Shown here: positions 29,825-40,471 of the stretch, one piece after another
Numbering within the stretch: the first letter of the stretch is position 1
How the letters are laid out: every line of letters starts with the position of its first letter
From: Dehalococcoidia bacterium
Lineage (GTDB): Bacteria; Chloroflexota; Dehalococcoidia; GIF9; AB-539-J10
Length of the DNA: 64,000 bases
Assembly: GCA_030610855.1 (NCBI GenBank)
Contig: JAUWQY010000001.1
Coordinates: 1,628 to 65,627, forward strand
Direction of reading: 5' to 3'
Notes under the pieces: generated by a model
The model's input: the letters and a program-made list of their open reading frames with translations, nothing else
What the model was told of the DNA's origin: nothing
Database searches by the model: none
Position numbers and translations under genes: made by a program

Positions 29825-32272
29825 ATGAAAAAGAGGATATTTTCTGTAATAAGCGTGGTCATGCTGATTGTCATGACCTTGCCAGCCACCAGCCCCCCAC
29901 CGGTGGTGGCACAGCCAAGTGGGTGGCCGACTATATGGACAGGGCTAGCCTCGGATGATAATGAGCACTGCGAGACGTTCCGCAACGTGGCGGATATGGA
30001 TGGCGATGGCTATGCGCTCTACTACGATGTGGATTCTCAGTATATATACCTGCGCATGGAGACTGTCACTGCACCGGGCTGGCCCTCTACAGGGTCGCAA
30101 GGCGCAGCTCGCTACAAGTGGTGGTTCAGTACCGCGGGGGCGGCTGCCTACGTCAGCGGGACCAGCGTGTACAATGCGGAATTTCTGCTGATACTGGAGG
30201 ACAGGACGGATACAAGCAACGTTGACGGCAGCAGGGATCAACTGGGCGAACTGACCCTCATGGACGACCTGGCAAATATCGGATTTGCAAAACGATGGAA
30301 TAAGGGGGACTCTGGGGCTTACCTCACCGGTACTCCTGACAACGGCGGTTCAAGTTCCCTTTGGAAGAGAGCAGTCGGAAATGGAACGGCTGGGACTGGA
30401 GGACCTCAGGGCGTGATGGGCGCGGATATCGGCTACCGAATTGACAACGGCTTCGTGGACATGTACGTAAGCCGGGCCGCGCTGGGAAACGCGTCCTCGT
30501 TATGCCTCATCTGGGCAACCGATAACCAGAACCCCAATCTGGACCAGGCTCCCAACTGCGACCGCCCAACGGGAGCAAATTGCATCATGCTGGGGGAGGA
30601 CTTCGGCGACGCACCTGCTCCCTACCCCACGCTGATGGCGAATGACGGAGCCCGCCATGCTGTGGGCGACATCTATCTCGGTGCCACTATTGACGCGGAA
30701 TTGGATGGCCAACCAAATTCAACTGCCACGGGCGACGACAACAGTGATCTCGATGATGAGGACGGCGTTGTTTTCACGACGGCATTGGTAAAGAGCCAAT
30801 CGGCCGACGTGACCGTGACTGCGTCGGATGCCGGGTATCTGGATGCCTGGGTGGACTTTAACGACGATGGCGACTGGGCAGATGGTGATGAGCAAATCTT
30901 CGCCGGCCGATCACTCAGTGCGGGAGCCAATTATCTGAACTTCTCAGTGCCTGTGTCGGCAACACAGACCGACCAGGCATTTGCTCGCTTTCGCTTCAGC
31001 AGCGCTGGTGGCTTGTCTTACGATGGGCCTGCTGCTGATGGTGAGGTAGAGGACTACCAGGTGGCAGTTGAGGATCGCCTTATCCTCACCATCACCGCGG
31101 ACAGCGACAGCAAGGTCTACGACGGGACACCCCTGACCAACAGTGGCTACAGCATAACAGCTGGAGCACTGGCAGCAGGCCACTCCCTTGACTCGGTGGT
31201 CGTTACCGGCTCCCAGACAGATGTCGGGAGCAGTGACAATGTGCCGAGCGATGCCGTGATCATGGACAACGGCACCAACGTGACAGCCAAACATGACATC
31301 ACCTACGTTAACGGCACGCTGACAGTCACCCGTAGGCCGCCCCCACCCCCTCGTGGCGGCGGTGGTGGTTGCCCTGTTGGATGTGCCAGATACTTCACGG
31401 TGGACTGGGACGAGAAGATCACCCGTACCTGCCTGCCCGACAATGACCGGCTGGCAGAAGACATGCTCTGTCCTGACCCCGATGGCAAACACAACCTGTT
31501 CCTGGAGCAGGGGACTCTCGCACCTGAAGTCGATGGAGAGCGGCATTACCTGATAATAATCAGAGAGCTTGAAGAAGAAGACACGCCTCCTGTTCCAGAC
31601 AATACTATGGCAGTTGCGGCCTTCAACATAACTCCTGCGGGCGCTGTCTTCGAAGAGGAGATCATCCTGACACTGGGCATCGATCTACTGCCCGACGATG
31701 CCGTGGATGCAGACATATTCTATTACGATGAAGCTCATGGAGTCTGGGTACCGCTGGACGGTGACCCAGTCGATCCAAACGGTGTGGCAGAACTGAGCCT
31801 CTCTGCAGGCGTAAACCACTTCACCGTGTTTGCCGTACTGGTCGACCTCGCTCCGCCGGCTCCTCCCGCCAGTTTTGTGGCCAGTGACTTGAGCATTGAG
31901 CTCAGCGTGGAAAAGATATGGAGCGCTATCACTTTCGTGACCAAGACAGGAGAGAACGTTACCATTACCGCTAAGGTAGAAAACGACGGTGGGCAGGCAG
32001 GCACCTACACTGTTGAGCTCAAGATAAATGGAGAGATAGTGGATAGCGAGACGGTGACACTGGACGCGGGACAAAGCCAGTATGTGAGTTTTGACCGGTC
32101 CGACATGGGTTACGGGCAGTATGAGGTAGAGGTCGCCGGATTGAGCGATACGTTCACAACCTTCCGAACCATCACCTGGTGGCTTATCATCATCCTAATA
32201 GCCGCGATTGGCCTCATTACCTGGGGAGCGGTGTGGGCTAGAAGAAGGCGCAGAGCAAGACAACAGGCATGA
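29825..32272 (+). CDS. Membrane-anchored surface protein (GEVED, MBG-like and CARDB-like domains)
   Basis: Signal peptide; DFGDAP...AWVDFNDDGD...GEVEDY; ITADS.SKVYDGTPL; PPPPPRGGGGG linker; C-terminal TM plus RRRRRAR; AGGAGG RBS. Confidence 0.88.
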   Translation: MKKRIFSVISVVMLIVMTLPATSPPPVVAQPSGWPTIWTGLASDDNEHCETFRNVADMDGDGYALYYDVDSQYIYLRMETVTAPGWPSTGSQGAARYKWWFSTAGAAAYVSGTSVYNAEFLLILEDRTDTSNVDGSRDQLGELTLMDDLANIGFAKRWNKGDSGAYLTGTPDNGGSSSLWKRAVGNGTAGTGGPQGVMGADIGYRIDNGFVDMYVSRAALGNASSLCLIWATDNQNPNLDQAPNCDRPTGANCIMLGEDFGDAPAPYPTLMANDGARHAVGDIYLGATIDAELDGQPNSTATGDDNSDLDDEDGVVFTTALVKSQSADVTVTASDAGYLDAWVDFNDDGDWADGDEQIFAGRSLSAGANYLNFSVPVSATQTDQAFARFRFSSAGGLSYDGPAADGEVEDYQVAVEDRLILTITADSDSKVYDGTPLTNSGYSITAGALAAGHSLDSVVVTGSQTDVGSSDNVPSDAVIMDNGTNVTAKHDITYVNGTLTVTRRPPPPPRGGGGGCPVGCARYFTVDWDEKITRTCLPDNDRLAEDMLCPDPDGKHNLFLEQGTLAPEVDGERHYLIIIRELEEEDTPPVPDNTMAVAAFNITPAGAVFEEEIILTLGIDLLPDDAVDADIFYYDEAHGVWVPLDGDPVDPNGVAELSLSAGVNHFTVFAVLVDLAPPAPPASFVASDLSIELSVEKIWSAITFVTKTGENVTITAKVENDGGQAGTYTVELKINGEIVDSETVTLDAGQSQYVSFDRSDMGYGQYEVEVAGLSDTFTTFRTITWWLIIILIAAIGLITWGAVWARRRRRARQQA

Positions 32273-32282
32273 ACGATACAAG

Positions 32283-32313
32283 GGGATAACGTAGCCCGGG
32301 GCTACGTTATCCC
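32283..32313. terminator. Perfect 15-bp-arm palindrome after the surface protein gene
   Basis: GGGATAACGTAGCCC-G-GGGCTACGTTATCCC; no clear U-tract, so it may be a repeat instead. Confidence 0.5.
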
Positions 32314-32336
32314 TGTCCCCCCCAATCTGCAAATCC

Positions 32337-32585
32337 TGTAGTGCGATCTCTTAACGTCGTGGGCCCTCCTGCACGAGGCTAAGGCCTGGCACAACGTTTT
32401 TGTCCCGGCCACTTCTGCGGTGCGACTAAGATCGTGCCGCACCCCGATTTCTGTAGTGCGACCCTTCAGGGTCGTGCATTATCGCGCGAGGCTAAAGCCA
32501 CCGGTGTCATTGCGAGGGCGTAGCCCGCGGCAATCCCTGCCCCTCCCTGAGATTGCTTCGTCCCGATAATCGGGACTCGCAACAA
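32337..32585. repeat. Cluster of GTAG-type REP-like units and one CGTC-type element
   Basis: TGTAGTGCGA..TCGTG..CGAGGCTAA.GCC at 32337 and 32452; TGTCATTGCGAG..GCAATC..GAGATTGCTTCG..CTCGCAA at 32505-32585. Confidence 0.75.
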
Positions 32586-32672
32586 AAAGGAAACAGCCTC
32601 GCAGCAAGGCAGCGAAGGGCGCTCGCAGCGATATTTCGACATTGTGGCTTGTTCGATATAGAATACCGCTGT

Positions 32673-33611
32673 ATGAGCACGAAGACGCGGCCAAAGCTGA
32701 AGACAGTCTACTGGGGCCTCCTTCTTTTTGCCGTCGCTCACTTGCTCGTCTTTCTTGTTGTCACCCGCGTAGATCCATTCCTGGACGAAAAGGACATACA
32801 TGTGCCGATTCAGCCGTCCGAGCCCATATCATGGTGGCCCGGGGAAGTGACACTCCCCAGCGGAGAGGTCATCGAGGTACCGGCCCATTCAGCGGTAGGG
32901 CCGATCTTGATCTATGTTCTTGCGGCGGCGGCCGCGCTGGGGGTCACACTCTCCTTGATTCCGCTGGCGGCTCTGAAGGTTTTCCTCAGACTGCTGTTTG
33001 CCCTTCTGTTTAGTTGGGGGGCATTCATCGGAACTGTCTTCTACTTGCCCCTTCCTTTGGCTGTCGCCGTCGCCGTCGCGCTTGGAACACTCTGGTTCGT
33101 GATACCCCTCGTCTGGTTACATAACCTGGTGTTGATCTTGGCTGTCAGTAGCCTGGGGGCGGTTTTCGGCCGCTTCATTACCCCGTGGACTGCTATGGCC
33201 ATCATTCTGGCACTCGCCGTCTATGACCTCCTGGCAGTCCGTTTCAAATTCATGCTCTGGATGGCAGACAGGCTATCGCAGATAAATGCCCTGCCGGCAC
33301 TGATCATCCCCAGGAACTATGCTGACTGGAACTTGAACTTGAAAGGCCGCGAAGAGAAGGTGATTCAGGCAAACCCGTCCCAGAGGGAGTACTCCATACT
33401 GGGCGGTGGTGATATCGCCTTCCCTTGTCTGCTTACGGCCTCCGTCTGTTTTGCCCGGGGGCTGGCTCCGGGGGCTATCATCGCGGTACTCGGCGCACTG
33501 GGACTGGTCACTGTCTATGTGATTCAAGCGAAATTCTTGAAGGGGAAGCCAATGGCGGCTCTGCCCCCTATCGCTGCCTTCACATTGGTTGGATTATTGA
33601 TTATCTCGTGA
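32673..33611 (+). CDS. Presenilin/SPP-like (A22) GxGD intramembrane aspartyl protease
   Basis: Multi-TM; AVYDLLAV, LGGGDIAFP, PMAALPP (PAL-like); start trimmed from 32553. Confidence 0.88.
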   Translation: MSTKTRPKLKTVYWGLLLFAVAHLLVFLVVTRVDPFLDEKDIHVPIQPSEPISWWPGEVTLPSGEVIEVPAHSAVGPILIYVLAAAAALGVTLSLIPLAALKVFLRLLFALLFSWGAFIGTVFYLPLPLAVAVAVALGTLWFVIPLVWLHNLVLILAVSSLGAVFGRFITPWTAMAIILALAVYDLLAVRFKFMLWMADRLSQINALPALIIPRNYADWNLNLKGREEKVIQANPSQREYSILGGGDIAFPCLLTASVCFARGLAPGAIIAVLGALGLVTVYVIQAKFLKGKPMAALPPIAAFTLVGLLIIS

Positions 33612-33795
33612 CCTGCCCCCAAAATGCTCCGGTTATTGGTATCCTGGGCTGTGATATTGTTCGGGGTTTGGAAATCAGGATTCAGGATTTCCCCTTCAGG
33701 GATTGGCATCTAACCTGAGGGTTGTTTCATCGCCCTTCCGCAGGGTCAGGACGGGCCTGGCAATGACATGAGAAAACGACGGCAAAGGAACGTCC

Positions 33796-34605
33796 TCATT
33801 TCTGCTCTGGATGGGAAGCCAGATGCGAGTTTATCTGCCTGCGTATTCGGTCAGCCACAGTCCTGGCCACCCGGGCGAAATCCTTTCCTCTTGAGGCATA
33901 AAGAATCTGTCTCGAAACATTGAAAATGGCCCTTTCTCCCCGGGCATCCACTCCGTAGCTGACTGCTGAAGCCAGGTCTCCTCCCTGGGCGCCAACGCCC
34001 GGGATGAGCAGGCACATTTCAGGGCAGATTGAGCGGACCCTCTTCAATTCTTCAGGACAGGTAGCCCCGACGACCAGGCCGATGTTGTCATGGATATTCC
34101 ATTCTCTGGCTTTGTGAGCCACAGTTTCGTACAGCGGCAGGCCATTTGTATGGAGGTCCTGAAAATCCACGGCGCCCCGGTTTGACGTTCGGCACAGGAT
34201 GAATACGCCCTTATCCTGGTAGCTGACAAAAGGCTCTATGGAATCATAGCCGAGGTAAGGACTGACGGTGGCGGCATCGAAGCCAAAAACCGAGAAGAGA
34301 GCCCTGGCGTACGCCTTTGCCGTATTTCCTATATCGCCGCGCTTGGCATCGGCGATTACAGGTACGTCGCCCGGTATATGTTTTATTGTCTCTTCCAGGA
34401 TGGCAAGCCCTGCGCTGCCCAGGGCTTCGTAGAAAGCTAGATTGGGCTTGTAGGCGCAGGCCAGATCGCTGGTAGCCTCAATAATGGCTCTGTTAAACTG
34501 CACGACGTCCACCCCGGGCATAAGCTCCGGGTCGGGGTCGAGTCCGATGCAAAGCAGGCTTCTATTCTTTCGGCTCATATTCAGCAACTTATCGATGAAT
34601 TTCAT
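33796..34605 (-). CDS. pyrF: Orotidine-5'-phosphate decarboxylase
   Basis: LCIGLDP, YKPNLAFY, DAKRGDIGNT, LIPGVGAQGG. Confidence 0.97.
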   Translation of the reverse strand: MKFIDKLLNMSRKNRSLLCIGLDPDPELMPGVDVVQFNRAIIEATSDLACAYKPNLAFYEALGSAGLAILEETIKHIPGDVPVIADAKRGDIGNTAKAYARALFSVFGFDAATVSPYLGYDSIEPFVSYQDKGVFILCRTSNRGAVDFQDLHTNGLPLYETVAHKAREWNIHDNIGLVVGATCPEELKRVRSICPEMCLLIPGVGAQGGDLASAVSYGVDARGERAIFNVSRQILYASRGKDFARVARTVADRIRRQINSHLASHPEQK

Positions 34606-34800
34606 TGCCGTAACCCAGATAATATCAGGAGATGGGAATAAATCAAAGCTCGGTCAAGGCTCCCCTGCCTTGGCAGTGCAGTGCCAATTGCTATCGAAAG
34701 CCTTCCGCCCTATCGCTTACAGACATTGCCTCATCCTGCCCCCCTTTTGCCTCTGGGTGCGTCAAGGGTTACAATACAAGGAGCAGGAAGGAGATGAAAC

Positions 34801-36159
34801 GTGCGCGATCAACTCGTTGATGCCTTGAAAGGCCATGATGCTGACTATGTCGAAATCCGCTTTGAGGAGAGCCACAATACTAACATCGTCTACAAAGGTA
34901 AGAGCCTGGAGGAGATAAGCAGGGCTCGCAGTTCTGGCGGCAGCATTCGTGCTCTGGTTCAGGGCAGTTGGGGATTTGTCAGCTTCGACCGACTCGACAA
35001 TCTGGCCGACAAGGTGGTTCTGGCGGTAGAGGAGGCAAGGCTAGCCGGCAGAGAACCCTTTGACCTCTTCCCCACAGAGCCTGTCGTCGATATCGTAACT
35101 CCGCAGTTGAAGCAAGATGCAGCGGCAATACCCCTGGGGGTGAAGAAGCAACTTCTCGATGAGTATAACGATATCATATTAAGCAGTCCGAAGATTCAAA
35201 GCTCAAGGATCATATACCGCGATGCCAGGCGCAGGGTCATCTTCGCCAATTCCGAGGGCAGCTACATAGAGCAAGATAGACCTGACCTGTCATTACGATT
35301 GACAGCCATAGCTCGACAGGATGGTGAGGTACAGCAAGCGGGAATCAGTCTGGGAAGCAATTGTGAGTTCTCCGCTGTAGAGGGACTACATGAGCAAGCC
35401 AGGGAGATAGCTAAGCGTGCCGCAGCCCTGCTTGTTGCCCCCCAGGCGACAGGCCGGGAGTACACCGTGATCCTGGACCCCATTCTGGCCGGGCTCTTCG
35501 CTCACGAGGCCTTCGGGCATCTGTCGGAGGCGGATTTCGTATATCAGAACCAAAACCTGCGGCAAATCATGGTCCTGGGGAAGAGGTTCGGCGGCAAGCA
35601 TCTCAATATCGTTGATGATGCTACGATCCCTGACTTGCGGGGAAGCTACAAATACGATGATGAAGGTACGCCGACAAGGAAAACCTGTCTTATTCGAGAG
35701 GGAATTCTGGAAGGAAGGCTCCATTCGAGGGAAACCGCGGCCAGGATGGGAGAGAGACCCAAAGGGAATGCTCGAGCCGTTAACTACCGCTTTCCCCCCA
35801 TAGTGCGAATGACCAATACCTTCATTGAGCCTGGAGACGCGTCGCTCGAGGAAATGCTCGGTGACATAGAAGAAGGCGTCTATGCCAGGGACTGGTATGG
35901 CGGCACGACCAACCTGGAGATGTTCACCTTCTCGGCCGGCGAGGCCTACATGATTCGCCAGGGGAGATTGGCAGAGTTGCTGCGCCCCGTGGTACTAACC
36001 GGCAATGTTTTTGCTACCCTGAAGAACATAGATGCGATAGGCAACGACCTGGAGATGAACCAGGGCGGTGGCTGTGGCAAGGGAGGGCAATATCCATTGC
36101 CCGTTTCTAACGGCAGCCCGCATATCAGGATTCGGCATTGTGTGGTAGGAGGAAGATAG
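34801..36159 (+). CDS. tldD: TldD family metalloprotease
   Basis: HEAFGHLSEAD, YDDEG, PIVRMTNT, GCGKGGQ. Confidence 0.93.
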   Translation: MRDQLVDALKGHDADYVEIRFEESHNTNIVYKGKSLEEISRARSSGGSIRALVQGSWGFVSFDRLDNLADKVVLAVEEARLAGREPFDLFPTEPVVDIVTPQLKQDAAAIPLGVKKQLLDEYNDIILSSPKIQSSRIIYRDARRRVIFANSEGSYIEQDRPDLSLRLTAIARQDGEVQQAGISLGSNCEFSAVEGLHEQAREIAKRAAALLVAPQATGREYTVILDPILAGLFAHEAFGHLSEADFVYQNQNLRQIMVLGKRFGGKHLNIVDDATIPDLRGSYKYDDEGTPTRKTCLIREGILEGRLHSRETAARMGERPKGNARAVNYRFPPIVRMTNTFIEPGDASLEEMLGDIEEGVYARDWYGGTTNLEMFTFSAGEAYMIRQGRLAELLRPVVLTGNVFATLKNIDAIGNDLEMNQGGGCGKGGQYPLPVSNGSPHIRIRHCVVGGR

Positions 36160-36241
36160 AAATCAGCACTCTAGTCCTGCGCACAATTCCGTAAGAAATC
36201 CCTCCCCTTCGTTCCCTTCCGGTTCCGGCCTTGTCCCTCCA

Positions 36242-36337
36242 GTAGGCCCCATTGCCGGCATTGCTCGCCAACCGCGGCAACCCCATGCCCCTACACGACA
36301 TCGCTTTGCGGGATTCTTCGCTCCGCTCAGAATGACA
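36242..36337. repeat. Degenerate GTAG-type unit plus CGTC-type half element
   Basis: ...CCATGCCCCTACA (to 36295); GGGATTCTTCGCTCCGCTCAGAATGACA (36310-36337). Confidence 0.65.
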
Positions 36338-36441
36338 GGAAGCCAGCGGCTCAGTTGACAGGTGGCGAAGGACTTTGAATGACACGGGCAGTCTGAATAG
36401 CTGCAATATGGTAAACTAACCGGTAAACAAGGGGGAGTTCT

Positions 36442-37701
36442 TTGCACAAAGCGCCTCGGGGAACATTCGACATCCTGCCTCAAGAGCACGCCTACTGGAA
36501 ATACGCAGAGGAAAAGGCTGTTTCCTTGTGTCTGCTCTATGGTTACCAGCCGTTGAGCACGCCGATATTCGAAGATGCCCAGCTTTTCACCAGAACTGTC
36601 GGCGGGGGCACAGATATCGTCGACAAGGAGATGTATGTTTTCCAGGACAAAGGCGGGCAAGAACTGGCCTTGAGGGCAGAAGGAACCGCGCCGGTGTGCC
36701 GGGCTTACCTGGAGCATGGATTATTCAACCTGGCTCAACCCGTCAAGCTCTATTATATCGGGCCGGCCTTCCGCTATGAGCGCCCCCAGGCCGGGAGATA
36801 CCGCCAGCACCACCAGTTTGGCTTTGAGGCTCTGGGCGAGGCCGATCCCGTTCTGGATGCCGAGGTAATAGAAATGGCCTGGCGATTGTTCATCTCCCTG
36901 GGGTTATCCGGGGTTTCCATTCAGCTCAACAGCATTGGCTGTAAGCTCTGCCGACCCGGGTACCTGGAAGTGCTGAGGCAGCATTATTCTGGTTATGCAG
37001 AGCGCCTTTGCTCTGATTGTAAGGCCAGGCTGACCAGAAAGCCGCTACGTCTGCTTGATTGCAAGCAAGCCGTTTGCCAGGAGATAGCAGGAACGGCGCC
37101 GAAGACCACGGATCATCTGTGCCATGAATGCCGACTGCACTTCGAAACCGTTCACGGATATTTAGGGACGTTGGGCATCCCCTTTTATCTGAATCATAGA
37201 TTGGTCCGAGGCCTGGATTACTACACCAGGACGGTATTCGAAGTGGAACCCCAAGAGAAAGGGGGACAGAGTTCGCTTGGGGGAGGGGGGCGCTATGATG
37301 ACCTCATCGAGACATTAGGCGGAAACCCCACTCCAGGAGTTGGCTTTGCAGCCGGACTGGAAAGAATAGTATTGAATCTGAAAAGAGAGAGTCCGGATAT
37401 CCCGCCGTTGCCCAGGCCTGTTGCTTTTGTCGCCTACCTGGGGCCGGAAGCCAAGATCGAAGCGCTGAAGATCGCCTCGGAGCTGCGGAAGGCTGAGCTT
37501 GCCATTATCATGGCTACAGGTGACAAGAGCCTGAAGGGGCAGATGAGACAAGCTAACTCTTTGGGCAGTACCTACGCCGTCATCCTCGGCAAGGAAGAGC
37601 TCAGCAACCGGAACGCAATATTGCGAGATATGGGGAGCGGAGACCAGCAAACGGTTCCTTTGACCGAGTTAACCAGAGTGCTCAAGCAGGGTCAGAAGTA
37701 G
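36442..37701 (+). CDS. hisS: Histidine--tRNA ligase
   Basis: APRGTFD, FRYERPQAGRYRQ, LVRGLDYY, GGGRYD. Confidence 0.98.
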   Translation: MHKAPRGTFDILPQEHAYWKYAEEKAVSLCLLYGYQPLSTPIFEDAQLFTRTVGGGTDIVDKEMYVFQDKGGQELALRAEGTAPVCRAYLEHGLFNLAQPVKLYYIGPAFRYERPQAGRYRQHHQFGFEALGEADPVLDAEVIEMAWRLFISLGLSGVSIQLNSIGCKLCRPGYLEVLRQHYSGYAERLCSDCKARLTRKPLRLLDCKQAVCQEIAGTAPKTTDHLCHECRLHFETVHGYLGTLGIPFYLNHRLVRGLDYYTRTVFEVEPQEKGGQSSLGGGGRYDDLIETLGGNPTPGVGFAAGLERIVLNLKRESPDIPPLPRPVAFVAYLGPEAKIEALKIASELRKAELAIIMATGDKSLKGQMRQANSLGSTYAVILGKEELSNRNAILRDMGSGDQQTVPLTELTRVLKQGQK

Positions 37702-37817
37702 CACCGCCAATGTCAGATATGCTATAATAGGCGCAGTGCCATTACCATCAACGACAAGTAGGGATGTGCATTGCTTCCTACCATCAGCCGCCATTTCGTC
37801 TTACGCCATAGAATGAC

Positions 37818-39725
37818 ATGAACAACCACGCAGCGCACGAATATACTGCCAAAGATATCCAGATCTTGGATGAGATCAAGGCCGTACGCTTACGACCGGG
37901 CATGTACATTGGAGGCACCGATCGGTACGGATTGCACCAATGCCTCTACGAGATAGTATATAACAGCATCGACGAAGCCATGGCCGGCTGCTGTGACCGA
38001 ATTGACATAACAATCCATGAGGATAATAGCGTCACTGTGACTGATAATGGCCGAGGTATCCCTACAGAAACTATCCCGGGAGAAAGCATCACAGCTCTGC
38101 AAGCAGTGATGACTCGCTTGCATGCCGGAGCTAAGTTCAGCGAGCATGTCTACGGCGTATCCAGCGGCCTGCACGGCGTTGGCGCCTCGGTAGTAAATGC
38201 CCTGTCCTCCTGGCTTAATGTTGAGATTAAGCGCCAGGGGAAAATTCACCGCCAGGAATACGAGCGGGGCATTCCCAAAGGCGACGTAGAAATCACCGGG
38301 GATTCCCAGGATACAGGCACCTCCATTACATTCCTTGCCGATGAGAAAATCTTCGAGGACATTGAATATGATTCCGACATGGCCTGTCAGCGATTAAGGG
38401 AACTGGCTTACCTCAACAAAGGGGTGGGAATAGCTCTCAAGGACGAGAGAAACAATCAGGAGAGAACGTTCTACTTCGATGGGGGCATAGCCAGTTTCGT
38501 CCGCCGCCTGAATAGAAACAGAGGCGTTGTTCACCCCTATCCTATTTATGTCTCCGCTATGATAAATAGCACGATAATCGAAGCAGCTATGCAGTATAAC
38601 GATAGCTTCACAGAATCCACTATCTCCTTTGCCAACTGCGTGAATACGAGAGACGGCGGTAGCCACCTTACCGGCTTCCGCTCAGCATTGACTCGAGTTT
38701 TCAACGATTATGCCCGGAACGCTAAACTCCTAAAGGATACTGATCCCAACCTAACCGGGGAGGATGTGCGCGAAGGGGCAGTTGCCATCATCAGCGTGAA
38801 GCTGCCCCAGCCCCAGTTTGAGGGGCAAACTAAGGCAAGATTGGGGAATCCCGAGGTAAAGAGTCAGGTCGAGTCGGCGGTGGCAAACAGCTTGGCCCTC
38901 TACCTTGAGCAGCACCCGAGCGAGGCCAGGGCAATCATAGAGAAGTGCCTCACCGCCGCCAAAGCCAGAGAGGCGGCACGCAAGGCTCGCGATCTCGTCT
39001 TGAAGAGAAACAGCTTCGAAGCATCAACTCTGCCAGGAAAGCTGGCTGATTGTTCCGAGAAAGAGCCGGCACAATGCGAACTTTACCTTGTCGAAGGCCC
39101 CTCAGCCGGCGGCTCAGCTAAGCAAGGGCGAGACCGCGCATTTCAAGCTATTCTCCCCCTGAGAGGCAAGATACTTAATGTGGAGAAGGCTGCCAAAGAA
39201 AAGATCATAGCGCATGAAGAACTGAGAGCCATTGTCACAGCACTGAAAGCAAGTACCGACGACCAGTTCGATAGCTCCAAACTTCGTTACCATAAGGTAA
39301 TCATCATGACCGATGCCGATGTGGACGGCTCGCACATCCGTACTTTGCTCCTTACCTTCTTTTTCCGCCATATGATGGAGTTAATCAACCAGGGCTATCT
39401 CTACATTGCTCAACCACCCCTCTATCGCATCAAGTCGGGTAAACAGGAATTCTGGCTTTACTCTGACCGGGAAAAGGAGCAAAAACTCAGATCACTCAAG
39501 TCAGACAAAGTGGACATCCAGAGATACAAAGGACTGGGCGAAATGAGTCCGGAACAACTATGGGCGACAACTATGAACCCCGCTAACAGAACCTTGCTCC
39601 AAGTACAGGTAGAGGATGCTATAGCCGCCGACCAGACCTTTCGTATGCTGATGGGCGATGAAGTTCTGCCGCGCAAGAGATTCATCCAGGCCCATGCTCA
39701 AAGTGTGAGAAACCTCGATATCTAG
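37818..39725 (+). CDS. gyrB: DNA gyrase subunit B
   Basis: RPGMYIG, GLHGVG, SAGGSAKQGR, PLRGK, MTDADVDG, RYKGLGEM; TGCTATAAT at 37720-37728. Confidence 0.96.
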   Translation: MNNHAAHEYTAKDIQILDEIKAVRLRPGMYIGGTDRYGLHQCLYEIVYNSIDEAMAGCCDRIDITIHEDNSVTVTDNGRGIPTETIPGESITALQAVMTRLHAGAKFSEHVYGVSSGLHGVGASVVNALSSWLNVEIKRQGKIHRQEYERGIPKGDVEITGDSQDTGTSITFLADEKIFEDIEYDSDMACQRLRELAYLNKGVGIALKDERNNQERTFYFDGGIASFVRRLNRNRGVVHPYPIYVSAMINSTIIEAAMQYNDSFTESTISFANCVNTRDGGSHLTGFRSALTRVFNDYARNAKLLKDTDPNLTGEDVREGAVAIISVKLPQPQFEGQTKARLGNPEVKSQVESAVANSLALYLEQHPSEARAIIEKCLTAAKAREAARKARDLVLKRNSFEASTLPGKLADCSEKEPAQCELYLVEGPSAGGSAKQGRDRAFQAILPLRGKILNVEKAAKEKIIAHEELRAIVTALKASTDDQFDSSKLRYHKVIIMTDADVDGSHIRTLLLTFFFRHMMELINQGYLYIAQPPLYRIKSGKQEFWLYSDREKEQKLRSLKSDKVDIQRYKGLGEMSPEQLWATTMNPANRTLLQVQVEDAIAADQTFRMLMGDEVLPRKRFIQAHAQSVRNLDI

Positions 39726-39861
39726 CCACCCGGCTTCTCGGTCCGGGTCTGCGTGACATCATGGCAACCCGCCGCCAACGACCTCGTTTTCATCTACCAT
39801 CGTACTGTTCCGGAAGCTAGTACTTGAAGCAGGTAATCGCGCAGCTGAGTTTAGGCCTCAG

Positions 39862-40467
39862 CTATCTCGAAGATGGCAGGTAGATCTTCTGTTCTGTTAT
39901 GTATTCTTCTACTTCCGCGGGCACGAGATAACGAATGGACAACCCCTGGCCTACGCGGTGACGGATTCCCGAAGAGCTAATCTCGATTACAGGCATATCC
40001 AGCTTAACGACTCTGTCCGGTAGCTCAGGAATTGACGTTTCTAAGTGCTTCAGATCCTTTGTGCCTAATCTAGGGGCAACGACGAACCTGCATATTTGAA
40101 CTAATCTCCTGGGTTCCTTCCACAAAGGTAGCTCGGCCAGGGTATCGCGCCCGACGATGAAGAAAAGGCTTGCTTCGCTGCCTAGCTGCTCTCTCAGTAT
40201 CATCATGGTATCCACGGTGTAAGAGGGACCGGACCGCTCCACCTCGAGAGTACAGAGCTTGAAATGAGGATTGTTCCCTATGGCACGCCGCACCATCTCC
40301 ACTCTGTGCATTGCAGGGGAGATATGTCTGTCTAGCTTGAGCCAGGGCTGCCCGGCAGGCACGAAAAGAACCTCGTGCAATCCTAGCCTTATTCGTGCTT
40401 CCTCAGCGACAATGAGATGCCCTATGTGTATAGGATCAAATGTGCCGCCAAGGACGCCAATATTCAC
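39862..40467 (-). CDS. nadD: Nicotinate-nucleotide adenylyltransferase
   Basis: GGTFDPIHIGH, SYTVDT, ISSS. Confidence 0.97.
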   Translation of the reverse strand: MNIGVLGGTFDPIHIGHLIVAEEARIRLGLHEVLFVPAGQPWLKLDRHISPAMHRVEMVRRAIGNNPHFKLCTLEVERSGPSYTVDTMMILREQLGSEASLFFIVGRDTLAELPLWKEPRRLVQICRFVVAPRLGTKDLKHLETSIPELPDRVVKLDMPVIEISSSGIRHRVGQGLSIRYLVPAEVEEYITEQKIYLPSSR

Positions 40468-40471
40468 TGCT

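Noticed and set aside
32553..32672. N-terminal extension of the presenilin-like gene
   Set aside because: Begins inside the repeat cluster and is not protein-like.
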